Notes: a model not told the origin generated them from the letters alone. A stretch of DNA of 64,000 nt from Dehalococcoidia bacterium (GCA_963667465.2 CAXXDN010000002.1:864001-928000); one strand, 5' to 3'; counted from the stretch's first letter, positions 19,073-29,502 are shown. Made by a program: numbers and translations.

Positions 19073-19966
19073 TCAGCCTGCGGCCGCCAGCCCGCGCCGC
19101 GCGAGGAAGGCGCGCGTCTCGCGGATCGCGGTCTCGGGCGCGTCGTGGTGGAGCCAGTGGCCCGCGTCCGGAACGATGACCCAGCGTGCCTCGCGGAACG
19201 CCGCCCGGTCCTCCTCCAGCGGCGGGGTCGTCGACCACGTCGAGGCGCCGCCGAGGAGGTGCAGCACCGGGCACTCGATCGCCGACCAGAAGCTGCGCAC
19301 CGTCTCCACGTCTACCTCGTCGCTGGTGCGGCCGCGCGCGAACGGGTCGAACTTCCAGATGTAGCCGCCCTCGACGGGCCGCAGCGCGTGCCGGGCCAAC
19401 TCGAGGGCGAACGCGTCGTCGAGACGGCTGTCGACAAGCTGGATGCGATCTCGCGCTTCCTCGAGCGAGGTGTAGACGCGTGGCTGCATTTCGGCGTAGC
19501 CCTCGTGGCGGGCGACCCAGCGGCGCAGCGCCTCGGGCTCGCTCAGCGGACGGCGCGAGAGTCCGCGGAACGCGAAGTTGACCGTCGCCTCGATCGCGAC
19601 AACCGAGTTCACGCGCTCCGGGAACGCACCCGCCGCGTAGAGGGCGATGCGCGATCCAAACGAGTGCCCAACGATGTCGACCGGCCCGCCGAGCAGGTCG
19701 ATCAGCGCGAGCAGGTCGGCGATGTGCTCGGACATGCCGTAGTAGCCGCCGACGGCCCAGCCCGAATCGCCGTGCCCTCGCAGATCCGGGGCGATCACGC
19801 GGTAGTCGTCGCGGAATGCGGCGGCGAGGCGATCAAGCGAGCGCGCGTGGTCGCGCTTGCCGTGCAGCAGCACGAGCGGCGGCGCATCGGCCTCGCCCCA
19901 CTCCCAGTAGGCCAGGCGCAGACGCTGCGACTCGAAGTGGTGCTGTACGGGTCCGGCCTGTGCCAT
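19073..19966 (-). CDS. Alpha/beta-fold hydrolase
   Basis: LLHG, PDLRGHGDS, GHSFG nucleophile elbow, AGHWLHHD. Confidence 0.92.
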   Translation of the reverse strand: MAQAGPVQHHFESQRLRLAYWEWGEADAPPLVLLHGKRDHARSLDRLAAAFRDDYRVIAPDLRGHGDSGWAVGGYYGMSEHIADLLALIDLLGGPVDIVGHSFGSRIALYAAGAFPERVNSVVAIEATVNFAFRGLSRRPLSEPEALRRWVARHEGYAEMQPRVYTSLEEARDRIQLVDSRLDDAFALELARHALRPVEGGYIWKFDPFARGRTSDEVDVETVRSFWSAIECPVLHLLGGASTWSTTPPLEEDRAAFREARWVIVPDAGHWLHHDAPETAIRETRAFLARRGLAAAG

Positions 19967-19979
19967 CGCGGTCTGCCGG

Positions 19980-20912
19980 CTACTCGCCGTGGACGACGGG
20001 CAGCACCTCGTCCGCGAGGCGCCGCGTCTGCTCCAGGAGATCGTCGTCGTCCTCGGCGATCGGGCGCATCACGAACTTCGAGACGCCCACGGCCGCGTAC
20101 TCCTCGATGCGTTCGAGGATGGCGGTCGCGTCGCCGACGGCGAAGTAGGCCGTCGGGTCGGCGCGGTCGGTGAGGCCGGGGCGGCGACTGATCGCGGCAG
20201 CGGCGCGCTCGACGATCGGGTCGTCCCAGCCGCCGAAGCGGAAGGGGAAGCTCGCACCGTAATGGTCCTCGGGCACGGGCCGGCCTGCCTCGCGAGACAC
20301 CTTGCGGATCGAATCAACCACGGGGGCGACCTGCGCCGGCGACTGCAGCCCGCCCAGCCAGCCGTTCCCGAAGCGCGCGATGCGGCGCACGGCCGCCGGG
20401 CTGGATCCGCCGATCCAGAGCGGCAGCGGCTGTTGCACGGGCAGCGGGGCGATCGACGCGTCCTTGTAGCGGTAGTACTCGCCCTCGAAGTTCACGGTCT
20501 CGCCGCGCCAGAGGCGGGTGATGATCTCCAGCATCTCGTCGGACTTCGGTCCGCGCCCGCGCGGCTCGCGGCCGGTCGCGACCCACTCGGGTGCGACCTC
20601 CGGCCCGACGCCGAAGGCTGGCAACATCCGGCCGTCGCTGAGGAAATCGATTGTCGCGCACTGCATCGCGAGCACGAGTGGATCGCGCAACGGCAGGACG
20701 ACGACGCTCATCCCGAACTTGAGCCGGTCGGTCGCACCGGCCAGCGCCGCCATGACGCTCATCGCCTCGAGCTGTGGTTGCGGCGAGATCAGCCGGTCGG
20801 ACTGCCAGATCGAGTCGATGTCGCTCTCCTCGCAGAGCTCGACCCACTCGCGGAAGACCCGCGTCGAGGCGAACGGGAACGCCGCCAGCCCCAGCCCGAT
20901 ACGTGCGCTCAT
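19980..20912 (-). CDS. LLM-class (possibly F420-dependent) oxidoreductase
   Basis: DSIWQSDR, ATIDFLSDGR, PLPVQQPLPLWIGGSS, GNGW. Confidence 0.88.
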   Translation of the reverse strand: MSARIGLGLAAFPFASTRVFREWVELCEESDIDSIWQSDRLISPQPQLEAMSVMAALAGATDRLKFGMSVVVLPLRDPLVLAMQCATIDFLSDGRMLPAFGVGPEVAPEWVATGREPRGRGPKSDEMLEIITRLWRGETVNFEGEYYRYKDASIAPLPVQQPLPLWIGGSSPAAVRRIARFGNGWLGGLQSPAQVAPVVDSIRKVSREAGRPVPEDHYGASFPFRFGGWDDPIVERAAAAISRRPGLTDRADPTAYFAVGDATAILERIEEYAAVGVSKFVMRPIAEDDDDLLEQTRRLADEVLPVVHGE

Positions 20913-20978
20913 CGTCGCTCCCTCGTGTTCTTGCAGCAGGGTACCGGACGCTGGTGTTTGCGTGCGCGGGAAGACTCT

Positions 20979-21320
20979 TCAGCCAGCCTCGATAAGGTCA
21001 GCTACCTCACGAGCAAGGGTCGGGAGACTGGTCTCGACTACGTTCCATACCAGGCGGTCGTCGACATCGGCGTATCCATGTATGAGTACGTTTCGGAAGG
21101 CGATGATGCGCTGGTAGTCGCTGATCCGCGCGGCCGCGGCTTCGTCGACTCTCGCCAGCCGCGCCACTGCCTCGCCGATGATCTCGAACTCCCGCTCCAC
21201 TGCAGCCCGCAGCATCGCGTCGTGCTCATAGTCGGCGAAGGTCTTGGCGTTGGTGAACTCTCGAAGCAGCGCGGCGGCGCGCTGCACATCGTAGAGGTAC
21301 TTCCGAACCTCAAGCTTCAT
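20979..21320 (-). CDS. HepT-like (DUF86/HEPN) RNase toxin
   Basis: YLYDV, AAVEREFEIIGEA, FRNVLIHGY (Rx4H), LVWNVV. Confidence 0.9.
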   Translation of the reverse strand: MKLEVRKYLYDVQRAAALLREFTNAKTFADYEHDAMLRAAVEREFEIIGEAVARLARVDEAAAARISDYQRIIAFRNVLIHGYADVDDRLVWNVVETSLPTLAREVADLIEAG

Positions 21321-21618
21321 AGAGGGGCGTCTTCGTCTGTTCGACAGCCTGCAGAAAGTACGGGTTCCTGATCGCCGGACCGATGACGAGATCGACTGGC
21401 CTTCCGAACAGCTGCTCAAGGGACTCCATCAGACCGAAGTAGGCGTCCGCGTAGCTGGCGAGCACGGCCGGCTCGAACTCAACGAGGAAATCGAGATCAC
21501 CGCCCGCGCGGAGCTGCGTGCCAGTTGCCGCAGACCCGAACAGGCTCAGCCGGCGGACGCCGTGGCGGGCGCAGAGACGCTCAAGCTCGTCGGCGCGCTG
21601 TGCAATCTCAGGAATCAT
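21310..21618 (-). CDS. MntA-type minimal nucleotidyltransferase antitoxin
   Basis: LFGSAA...DLDFLVEF, GRPVDLV, IRNPYF; overlaps the HEPN gene. Confidence 0.9.
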   Translation of the reverse strand: MIPEIAQRADELERLCARHGVRRLSLFGSAATGTQLRAGGDLDFLVEFEPAVLASYADAYFGLMESLEQLFGRPVDLVIGPAIRNPYFLQAVEQTKTPLYEA

Positions 21619-21762
21619 CGTCGCGCTCCGGTCCGCTGAGCCTGCCTCTCACCCTACCCCAACCGGCCTGGATTCGCCGCGCTTCCGCTGTATTGTGCGG
21701 GGGGTTGCGAAGCAACGCTCGCGTCGCGATCATGGCGACGCGACAGGGAGACAGGACTCGCC

Positions 21763-22533
21763 ATGCCCGATCTGCTGTACGACAAGCGCGACCACTACGC
21801 CATCTTCACGATGAACCGCCCCGAGCGGCTCAACGCCCTCGGCGGCGCGATGCAGGAGGACCTCAAGCGCGCCGTCGCCGACTTCGAGGCGGACCCGGAG
21901 ATGCGCGCCGGCATCGTGACCGGCGCGGGCCGCGCCTTCTGCGCGGGCGCGGACCTCAAAGAGAGCAACGAGCAGTTCTCCGCCGGTCAGACCAAGCCGA
22001 CCGTGCGCTTCAACGACTCGGCGCCCTACTCCCTGGCGCAGAAACCGTACATCGCCGCAATCAACGGCCTGGCCGTCGGCGGCGGCCTCGAGCGCGCGCT
22101 GGACTGCGACATCCGGATCTGCTCGACGAATGCCTGGTTCGCGCTCTTCGAGCCTAAGCGCGGGCGCATGGCGGGCTACGCCATCCACGCCCTGCCGAGG
22201 ATGATCAACCTCGCGGCGGCCAGCTACATGCTGCTTACCGGCGACCGCGTCGAGCCCGAGAAGGCGAAAGAGTGGGGCATCGTCGCCGAGGTGCTCGAGC
22301 CTGACGAGTTGCTGCCTCGGGCGATCGAGATCGCGGAGCTGATCGCGGGAAACGCCCCGCTGGCTGTCAAGGGCACGAAGGCTGCGTTCCGCGCCTGGCG
22401 ACACGAGAACATGGACTACTCGTACCGCCTCAGCGAGTGGGTCTACCGGGCGAACATCGACAGCTCGGAGGACATCCGGGAGGGCGCCCGCGCCTTCGCC
22501 GAGAAGCGTCCGCCCGTCTGGCAGGGTCGCTAG
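21763..22533 (+). CDS. Enoyl-CoA hydratase/isomerase
   Basis: MNRPERLNA, GRAFCAGADL, AINGLAVGGG, AFAEKRPPVWQGR. Confidence 0.93.
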   Translation: MPDLLYDKRDHYAIFTMNRPERLNALGGAMQEDLKRAVADFEADPEMRAGIVTGAGRAFCAGADLKESNEQFSAGQTKPTVRFNDSAPYSLAQKPYIAAINGLAVGGGLERALDCDIRICSTNAWFALFEPKRGRMAGYAIHALPRMINLAAASYMLLTGDRVEPEKAKEWGIVAEVLEPDELLPRAIEIAELIAGNAPLAVKGTKAAFRAWRHENMDYSYRLSEWVYRANIDSSEDIREGARAFAEKRPPVWQGR

Positions 22534-22567
22534 CTGTAGCCCCGCGGACCGAGGCCCCGGCAGCCCG

Positions 22568-24769
22568 CTACCACGCCACCTCGCGCGCCTCGAGGGCGGC
22601 GATCTCGTCCGGCGGCCGGCCGGCGAGGTCGCGGAGCACGGCAGCGGTGTGCTCGCCGAGCCGCGGAGCGCGGCGGTTCGAGTCGTAGCGCTCGCCGTCG
22701 AGCACCCAGGGACTCGCGGCATGCATGTGATGCTCGCCCGGCGCGACGCGGTAGAGACCGCTCGAGGAGTGCGCGGCCCCGGTTAGCCCCGCCTCTCGCA
22801 CGAGCTGCCGCAGATCCAGCACGCGCTGCGCGGCAAGTCCCCGGTCGCGTAGCAGCGTCTCCAGTTGCTGCGCCTCGCGTTGGAGACTCACGGCGCCCAG
22901 CCGCCTCGCCAGCTCGCGTGGCGTCTCTCCGGCCTCCGGGCCGTCCGCTCCGAGGGCGCTCGCGAGGCGATCGACCTCCTCGGGTGACTCGCAGACGACG
23001 GCAACCCACTCCTCGTGGAGGCAGGGCAGGCACTCGCTGAAGGCGGGCACGGGCAGCTCGAAGCCGCGCGTGGCTTCGAGCTGCCCGGGAGCACCCTCGC
23101 GCGGCGGATAGTTGCTCCCGAGGTAGCGGTGCAGTGCCGCCGAGGGGCCGAACAGGTCTACCTCGATCAGCGCGCCGCGCCCGCTGCGCGCACGCCGCTG
23201 GAGCGCATCGATCATCGCGAAGGCGAGCACGAAGCCTGCCTGCGGGTCGGGGTAGGCGATGCTGCGGTCGATCCACGGCTCCCCCTCGCCCTGGTAGCCG
23301 AAGCCACAGGCGAGCAGCATCGCGTAACCGAATCCCACGAGACGCGACAGCCGGCTGTCCGGGTGGTAGGCGGAGAGCCGCCCGATGATCAACCCCGGAT
23401 TCGCCTCCCACAGCGCCTCCGCCGAGAGCCCGAGGCGCTCCGCGACGCCGGGAGTGAAGTTGGAGACGACAATGTCCGCCTGTGCAGCCAGCTCGCGGAA
23501 CAGCTGCTGCCCCTCGGCGGTTCCGAGGTTGACCGTGGCGCTCTCCTTGCCCTGGTTCGTCTCGCGAAACGAGCCCTTGCGGTCCCACTCGGGCAGGTCG
23601 ATGTCGGGCAGCGAGAGCTCGCCGATGCGCGAGCGCGTGTGGTCGAGGCGGTTCCGCGACTCGACCTTGATCACGCGCGCGCCGAGATGCGCGAGCTGCG
23701 CGGTGCTGAGCGGTGTCGCCCAGACCGTGCTGAGATCGAGCACCGTGACGCCCTCGAGCGGCAGCGCCAGGTCGATCGCGCCCGCGCCCTGCGAGGGCGG
23801 GGTGGACGCCGGGGAGGGCGTCGAACGGTAGAGCCAGTCGCGCACGTCGGAGCTGCCGGACAGCTCCTCTTCGTACTCCTCGACGCCGGGCGGAGCGAGG
23901 GCGAACGCAAAGGGCAGCCGCTCGCGCAGCGCGAGGTCCATCAGCTCGTCGCAGCTGCGGGTGGCGAACCACGGGGCGAGCCGCGGTTCGAGGACGTCCC
24001 AGTTCTCGCCTCGCAGGCCGCGGTGGGCGAAGATCTCCCAGCTCGCCCATTCCGGGTCGTCCATCTCGTGCATGAGGCGCTGCCACTGCTCCTCGCTGGT
24101 GCAGAGCACGAAGAGGTCGCCGTCCGAGGCGCTCATCACCTCCATCGGCTGGAACAGCGCCGATCCGAGCCGCGTCGGCGAAAGGCCGGCGTAGGTCCAC
24201 TTCACCACCTCGCCGGCCGAGCAAATCGAGAAGCACTCGTGCTTGGTCAGCTCGATCAGCTGACCCGCGCGACCGTGCGCCGAGGCGAGCAACAGCGCCA
24301 TCGCGGCGTAGGAACCGGCAATCGTCTCCGTCTGGTGCTCGTGAAGCACCAGCGGGCGCCCCTCGGGGTCACCCGAGGCTCCGGTGAGGTGGAGCACGCC
24401 CGAGGCAGCCGAGATCGTCAGGGCGCCTCCTCGCGGTGCGTCCGGTGCACGCCCGAACGCGGAGATCACGACCGCGGGAGAGGGCAGCCCGTCCGGCAGC
24501 GCGCCATCCGGCCAGCCCGCGCGATCGTCGAAGTCGATGAACAGCGCCGAGGCGTCGAGGTCCGCGAGCGCATCCGCGACCGAGGCGAAGGAGGCGGTGG
24601 CGCCCTTGCCGTCCTCGCTCCAGGCGGCGCGCACTGTGACGCCCTCGGCGGCTCGTTCGAGCAGCCGGACCTCACGTCCGGCGCGGCGCAGCAGCAGCGA
24701 GGCCCACTCGGTCGTCGCGGTGCGCCCGGCGAGGAGGATCGGGCGGTCCGGTCCGGGCGCTGCGCTCAT
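22568..24769 (-). CDS. CoA-transferase family III, double-domain with a divergent N-terminal unit
   Basis: PLEGVTVLDLSTVWATP, GARVIKVES, NFTPGV, AYPDP, APRLGEHT; GGAGG before ATG 24769. Confidence 0.85.
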   Translation of the reverse strand: MSAAPGPDRPILLAGRTATTEWASLLLRRAGREVRLLERAAEGVTVRAAWSEDGKGATASFASVADALADLDASALFIDFDDRAGWPDGALPDGLPSPAVVISAFGRAPDAPRGGALTISAASGVLHLTGASGDPEGRPLVLHEHQTETIAGSYAAMALLLASAHGRAGQLIELTKHECFSICSAGEVVKWTYAGLSPTRLGSALFQPMEVMSASDGDLFVLCTSEEQWQRLMHEMDDPEWASWEIFAHRGLRGENWDVLEPRLAPWFATRSCDELMDLALRERLPFAFALAPPGVEEYEEELSGSSDVRDWLYRSTPSPASTPPSQGAGAIDLALPLEGVTVLDLSTVWATPLSTAQLAHLGARVIKVESRNRLDHTRSRIGELSLPDIDLPEWDRKGSFRETNQGKESATVNLGTAEGQQLFRELAAQADIVVSNFTPGVAERLGLSAEALWEANPGLIIGRLSAYHPDSRLSRLVGFGYAMLLACGFGYQGEGEPWIDRSIAYPDPQAGFVLAFAMIDALQRRARSGRGALIEVDLFGPSAALHRYLGSNYPPREGAPGQLEATRGFELPVPAFSECLPCLHEEWVAVVCESPEEVDRLASALGADGPEAGETPRELARRLGAVSLQREAQQLETLLRDRGLAAQRVLDLRQLVREAGLTGAAHSSSGLYRVAPGEHHMHAASPWVLDGERYDSNRRAPRLGEHTAAVLRDLAGRPPDEIAALEAREVAW

Positions 24770-24877
24770 CGTGCTCCTCCGCCTGACGGCCGCACGGTCC
24801 AACGCCGCCGCCTCGCGGTCAAGGCGGCCCCGCGCCGCGGCCGCTACCATGAAGCCCGCCGCGCCCGAGGAGACGCC

Positions 24878-26857
24878 GTGCCACAGGCAGCACCGCAGCC
24901 CCGCCCCGTCGACAGCAGCTTCGTGCTCGACATGCCCGTCGCCGGCTCGCCCGCGATTCGGCCCGGCGACGGGGCGGTCGCCTACGTCGTCACGCGCGTC
25001 GACCGCGAGACGCTGGCGACCGAATCGCACATCGAGCGTGTGCCGTTCGGCGGCGGCACGGCACGGCGGCTCACCGAGGGGCCGCACGACGCGTCGCCGC
25101 GCTGGTCGCCGAACGGCGGCACGCTCGCCTTCGTGCGCCGCGAGGAGGAGGGACCACCGCAGCTCTGGCTCCAGCCCGCGGGCCACGGCGAGGCGGATCA
25201 ACTGACCTCGCTGCGCGGCGGCGTCGCCGAGTTCGTCTGGTCGCCCGACGGCGCGACGCTCTACTGCACGAGCGACGTCGACCCCGATGCCCTGCCTGCC
25301 TCGGACGAACGGGATCCGCCCGTGCCGCGCGTGCGCGAGGTGCACGAGATCTACTACCGGGGCGACACCATCGGCTGGCGGGGCCGGACGAGCCGGCAGA
25401 TCTACGCGGCGCCGGCGGCGGGCGGGCGCGCCCGGCGGCTCACTCGCGGCGACTTCCAGCACCGGGCGCTCGCCGTCTCGCCCGACGGCGCGATCATCGC
25501 CTTCGCCTCGGACCGCTCACGCAGGCGGCACGAGCGGGCGCCGTGGGGCGCGGAGCTGTGCGTGATGCCCGCCGAGGGCGGTCGAGTGCAGCGGTTCGCG
25601 CGCGACGTGGTCGCCGTCGGCGGCATCGCCTGGCGGCCGGGGCGCGCGCCTGGCGAAGAGCAGATCGCCTTCGTCGGCGCGCCCGAGGACAACACCTGGC
25701 AGCGTTACGTCTACCTGCTCGACCTCGCCTCGGGCGAGTGCCGCCGCCTCACCGACGACTCGATCGACCCGCAGACCGGGTTCTTCCCCATTGCCCCCGC
25801 TCCCCCGCTGGTCTGGCGCGACGAGCGCGTGCTGTTCCTCGCCGACGCGGCGGGCGCGTCCGGCATCTACGCGGTGGCGCCCTCGGGCGAGCTCGAGGCC
25901 GTGCGCGCGCGGCGCGAGCTCATCGGTGGCCTCGATGCGACCGCGGGTGGCGACCGGCTCGCCTTCTCCTCATCGAGCGCCACCGCCGCGCCGCAGGTAA
26001 GAACGCTCGACCTGCGCGCGGGGCGCGGTCGCGCGGTCACCCGGGTCGGCGCGGACTACCTCGCGGCGCACCCACCGGGGCATACCGAGCGCTTCCGCGT
26101 GCGTCGCGCCGGCGAATCGATCGAGGCGCGGTTGGTGCATCCGCCGGACTTCGACGCCTCGCGGCGCTACCCGCTGGTCCTCGAGATTCACGGCGGGCCG
26201 AATGCGTTCCACGGCGACGGCTTCAGTACGCTGCACCAGGTGATCGCGGGCGCAGGCTTCCTCGTGCTCGCGGTCAACCCTCGAGGCTCCAGCAGCTACG
26301 GGGCGGAATTCACGGCGCAGGTCTTCGAGGACTGGGGTGGCGAGGACTACCTCGATCTGCTCGCCGCCGTCGACGTCGCCTGCCGCCGCCCCTACGTCGA
26401 TGAGGATCGGCTGGGCCTGCACGGCTACTCCTACGGCGGCTATATGAGCAGTTGGATCGTCGGGCACAGCGAGCGCTTCCGCGCGGCGGTGATTGGTGCG
26501 CCGGTCACGAACCTCATCTCGATGTACGGGCAGACCGACATTGCCGTATCGTTCGGCGAGCGTCAGTGGGGCGGGCTGCCGCAGGAGAACTGCGACCATT
26601 ATGTCGAGCGCTCCCCGCTCAGCTACGCCGACCGCGTGACGACGCCGGTGCTGCTGCTCCACGGAGAGGACGACATTCGCGTGCCGATCTCGCAGTCCGA
26701 GGAGTTCTACGTGGCGCTTAAGCGGCGCGGCAAGACGGTGGAGTTCGCGCGCTTCCCCGGCTGCTCGCACCTCTTCCTGCGCAGCGGCCACGCCACGCTA
26801 CGCAAGGAGTACTACGACCGCTCCGTCGCCTGGCTCCAGCGCTGGTTGGCGTCGTGA
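24878..26857 (+). CDS. S9-family (prolyl oligopeptidase/acylaminoacyl peptidase) peptidase
   Basis: PD40-like WSPNG/WSPDG repeats, IHGGP, NPRGSSSYG, GYSYGG, HGEDDIRV, SH; GAGGAG before GTG 24878. Confidence 0.92.
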   Translation: MPQAAPQPRPVDSSFVLDMPVAGSPAIRPGDGAVAYVVTRVDRETLATESHIERVPFGGGTARRLTEGPHDASPRWSPNGGTLAFVRREEEGPPQLWLQPAGHGEADQLTSLRGGVAEFVWSPDGATLYCTSDVDPDALPASDERDPPVPRVREVHEIYYRGDTIGWRGRTSRQIYAAPAAGGRARRLTRGDFQHRALAVSPDGAIIAFASDRSRRRHERAPWGAELCVMPAEGGRVQRFARDVVAVGGIAWRPGRAPGEEQIAFVGAPEDNTWQRYVYLLDLASGECRRLTDDSIDPQTGFFPIAPAPPLVWRDERVLFLADAAGASGIYAVAPSGELEAVRARRELIGGLDATAGGDRLAFSSSSATAAPQVRTLDLRAGRGRAVTRVGADYLAAHPPGHTERFRVRRAGESIEARLVHPPDFDASRRYPLVLEIHGGPNAFHGDGFSTLHQVIAGAGFLVLAVNPRGSSSYGAEFTAQVFEDWGGEDYLDLLAAVDVACRRPYVDEDRLGLHGYSYGGYMSSWIVGHSERFRAAVIGAPVTNLISMYGQTDIAVSFGERQWGGLPQENCDHYVERSPLSYADRVTTPVLLLHGEDDIRVPISQSEEFYVALKRRGKTVEFARFPGCSHLFLRSGHATLRKEYYDRSVAWLQRWLAS

Positions 26858-27363
26858 GCCTCGCCGACGAGACCGCCGCCGCCGCGCGAGAGGTCGTCGA
26901 GCGCATGGCCGCGCGCGGCCTGCGCCTCGCGACGGCCGAGTCGACGGTCGGCGGGCTGATCGGGCACGCGCTCACCGACGTGCATGGCGCCTCGCGCGTT
27001 TTCCCCGGCGGCATCACGGCCTACGCGAATCCGCCGAAGCAGACCCTCCTCGGCGTCCCCGCCGATGTCATCGAGGCGCACGGCTCCGTCTCCGCCGAGA
27101 CCGCGCTGGCGATGGCGCAAGGGGCGCGGACGGCGTTCGGCGCCGACCTCGCAGTGTCGGAGACCGGCATGGCGAGTGCGTTGCCGCCGGAGCGCGCCAA
27201 CCCCGAGCGACCGGCCGGCCTCTACTTCATCGCCATCGTAGCCGAGGACTTTGAGCGCGCCGAGCGGAACGTCTTCCCCGGCGATCGCGAGGAGACGAAG
27301 CAGCGCGCTGCCGCCGCCGCGCTGCGCCTGGTCCTCGGCTACCTCGACTCCACCGAGGGGTAG
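26854..27363 (+). CDS. CinA C-terminal / PncC nicotinamide-nucleotide amidohydrolase family
   Basis: LATAESTVGG, GAS, YAN..K, HGSVS, ETG, GDRE. Confidence 0.85.
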   Translation: MSLADETAAAAREVVERMAARGLRLATAESTVGGLIGHALTDVHGASRVFPGGITAYANPPKQTLLGVPADVIEAHGSVSAETALAMAQGARTAFGADLAVSETGMASALPPERANPERPAGLYFIAIVAEDFERAERNVFPGDREETKQRAAAAALRLVLGYLDSTEG

Positions 27364-27370
27364 GCGGCGG

Positions 27371-28468
27371 CTACCGGGGGTAGACCAGCGTGCGCGCGAC
27401 CTCGCCGCGCTCCATCAGGTCGAAGGCGTCGTTGATCTGCTCCAGCGGGAGCCGCTCCGTGATCAGTTCGTCGAGCTTCAGCTTGCCCGCCATGTAGAGG
27501 TCGACGATGCGCGGGATGTCGGCGCGCGGGTTGGCGGCGCCGAAGCCGCTGAACTGCAGCCCCTGGCGGCCCGCCATCAGCTGCCACCACGGGATCTCGA
27601 GGACCGCGTCCGCCGGCAGTACGCCGAGCACCCACATGTTGCCGCCCGGCTTGAGCGACGCCATCCCCTGCAACACCACCGCGGGGATGCCGATCACCTC
27701 GAACGCGTGATCGACGCCGATGCGCGTCAGCTCCCGAATCTGCGCGACCGGGTCGCCCTCGGAGGCGTTGACGGTGTGGGTCGCGCCGAACTCCTTCGCG
27801 AGCGCGAGCTTGGAGTCGAGCAGATCGACGCCGATCACCATCTCCGCCCCGGCGAGCGCCGCCGCCTGCACGGCGTTGAGGCCGACGCCGCCGCAGCCGA
27901 AGACGGCGACGCGATCGCCGGGCGCGACCCGCGCGTCGTTGAAGACGGCCGCAACGCCCGTCGTCACGCCGCAGCCGACGAGCGCGATCGTGTCGAGCGG
28001 CGCGTCCTTGCGCACCGGAATCGCGCCGGTCGCGGGGACGACGGTGTACTCGGCGAACGAGGAGACGAAGGACTGGTTGCTGATCCGCTCCGCGCCTTTG
28101 CTGAGACGGCTGGTGCCGTCGAAGAGCGCGCCGAGCGGGCGCATCGCGGCGATCCTGGGGCAGTCGCTGAAGCGGCCGGCGCCGCAGGCGAGGCACTCGC
28201 CGCAGTAGGGCCCGATGCTGAGCACGACGTGGTCGCCGACCTGCGGGCTGCCGACGCCGGGCCCGACCGCCTCGACGACGCCGGAGCCCTCGTGGCCCAT
28301 CACCATCGGCAGCGGCGAGGGGAAGTCGCCGTGGATGCGGTGCAGGTCGCTGTGGCAGACGCCGCTCGCCTCGATGCGGACGAGCACCTCGCCGGTCTTC
28401 GGCTCGGCGATCTCGATCTCCTCGATGGTCAGCGGCTCATGGATCGCTCGCAGCAGTGCTGCCTTCAT
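27371..28468 (-). CDS. Zn-dependent alcohol dehydrogenase (class III-like MDR)
   Basis: GVCHSD, GHEG, CGECLAC...C, GCGVTTG, GCGGVG. Confidence 0.93.
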   Translation of the reverse strand: MKAALLRAIHEPLTIEEIEIAEPKTGEVLVRIEASGVCHSDLHRIHGDFPSPLPMVMGHEGSGVVEAVGPGVGSPQVGDHVVLSIGPYCGECLACGAGRFSDCPRIAAMRPLGALFDGTSRLSKGAERISNQSFVSSFAEYTVVPATGAIPVRKDAPLDTIALVGCGVTTGVAAVFNDARVAPGDRVAVFGCGGVGLNAVQAAALAGAEMVIGVDLLDSKLALAKEFGATHTVNASEGDPVAQIRELTRIGVDHAFEVIGIPAVVLQGMASLKPGGNMWVLGVLPADAVLEIPWWQLMAGRQGLQFSGFGAANPRADIPRIVDLYMAGKLKLDELITERLPLEQINDAFDLMERGEVARTLVYPR

Positions 28469-28617
28469 GCTCGCTCCCTTCGTCGGGTTGTACGCGGCGA
28501 ACACGGTACACCGGAGCGGCTGTGGCGAGGGCGCGCGGGCGTGTATGATGGCGCCGCCGGGGAGCAGTTTCCCGGCAGTCGAAACACGCCACGTGAACAC
28601 CTTGTGGGGGAGAGCCG

Positions 28618-29436
28618 ATGGCCGAGGAAGCATACGAAGAGATTCTGGTCGAGAAGAAGGGCCATGTTGAGGTGATCACCCTCAACGTCCCGGAGAAGCT
28701 GAACCCGATCACGTTCCGCTCGCTCTACGAGATCATCGTCGAGATCGAGCGCGCTGAGCTGGACGACGAGGTCCGCTGCATCGTCTTCACCGGCGCTGGC
28801 CGTGGCTTCTCCTCCGGCGCGGACCTGAGCCGGGCCGCCGTGGATGGCCCGATCTACCGCGCGAAGCTGGGCGAGCGTGCGATGACCGAGTACCCCGGCG
28901 GGGTCCTCAGCTACGCGATCCAGAAGGTCGGCGAATGCCGTAAGCCCACCATTGCCGCCGTCAACGGCGTCGCAGTGGCCGCGGGTCTCGCGCTCATCCT
29001 CGCCTGCGACATCCGGATGGCCGCCGAGAAGGCGCGCTTCTCCACGATCTTCACGAAGCGCGCGATGGTCGTGCACGCCGGCATGTCTTTCTACCTGCCG
29101 CGTGTGGTCGGCGTCTCGCGGGCCCTCGAGTTGCTGTGGACCGACCGCTTCGTGATGTCCGACGAGGCGCTGGAGATCGGTCTCGTCAGCGCCGTCCACG
29201 AGGCGGATGATCTGATGCCGAAGGCGATGGAGCTGGCCGAGCAGATCGCCGCCGGCCCGACGATTACCCTCGAGCTGGACAAGAAGCTGATCTGGAACGC
29301 GATCGAGGCGCCGACGCTCCTCGAGGCGATGCAGGTCGAGGCCTGGGGCGGCTCCGTCGCGCACCAGACCGAGGACTCCAAGGAGGGCATGAAGTCCTTC
29401 ATGGAGCGCCGCGAGCCCGTCTTCCAGGGCAGATAG
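28618..29436 (+). CDS. Enoyl-CoA hydratase/isomerase
   Basis: GRGFSSGADL, KPTIAAVNGVAVAAG, EDSKEG..SF.ERREPVFQGR. Confidence 0.92.
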   Translation: MAEEAYEEILVEKKGHVEVITLNVPEKLNPITFRSLYEIIVEIERAELDDEVRCIVFTGAGRGFSSGADLSRAAVDGPIYRAKLGERAMTEYPGGVLSYAIQKVGECRKPTIAAVNGVAVAAGLALILACDIRMAAEKARFSTIFTKRAMVVHAGMSFYLPRVVGVSRALELLWTDRFVMSDEALEIGLVSAVHEADDLMPKAMELAEQIAAGPTITLELDKKLIWNAIEAPTLLEAMQVEAWGGSVAHQTEDSKEGMKSFMERREPVFQGR

Positions 29437-29457
29437 TCCGGGGCAGATAGTCCGGGG
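29427..29457. repeat. 14-bp tandem duplication GGGCAGATAGTCCG spanning the stop codon
   Basis: Copies at 29427-29440 and 29441-29454. Confidence 0.9.
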
Positions 29458-29502
29458 TCGGTAGCCCCGAGCCACCCGCCCGGAAACCGGACAGGCAAAC
29501 AC

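Noticed and set aside
22568-26857. Apparent 964-aa and 1280-aa overlapping ORFs
   Set aside because: The N-terminal extensions are shadows of the divergent gene. Shine-Dalgarno-supported starts are 24769 (minus) and 24878 (plus).
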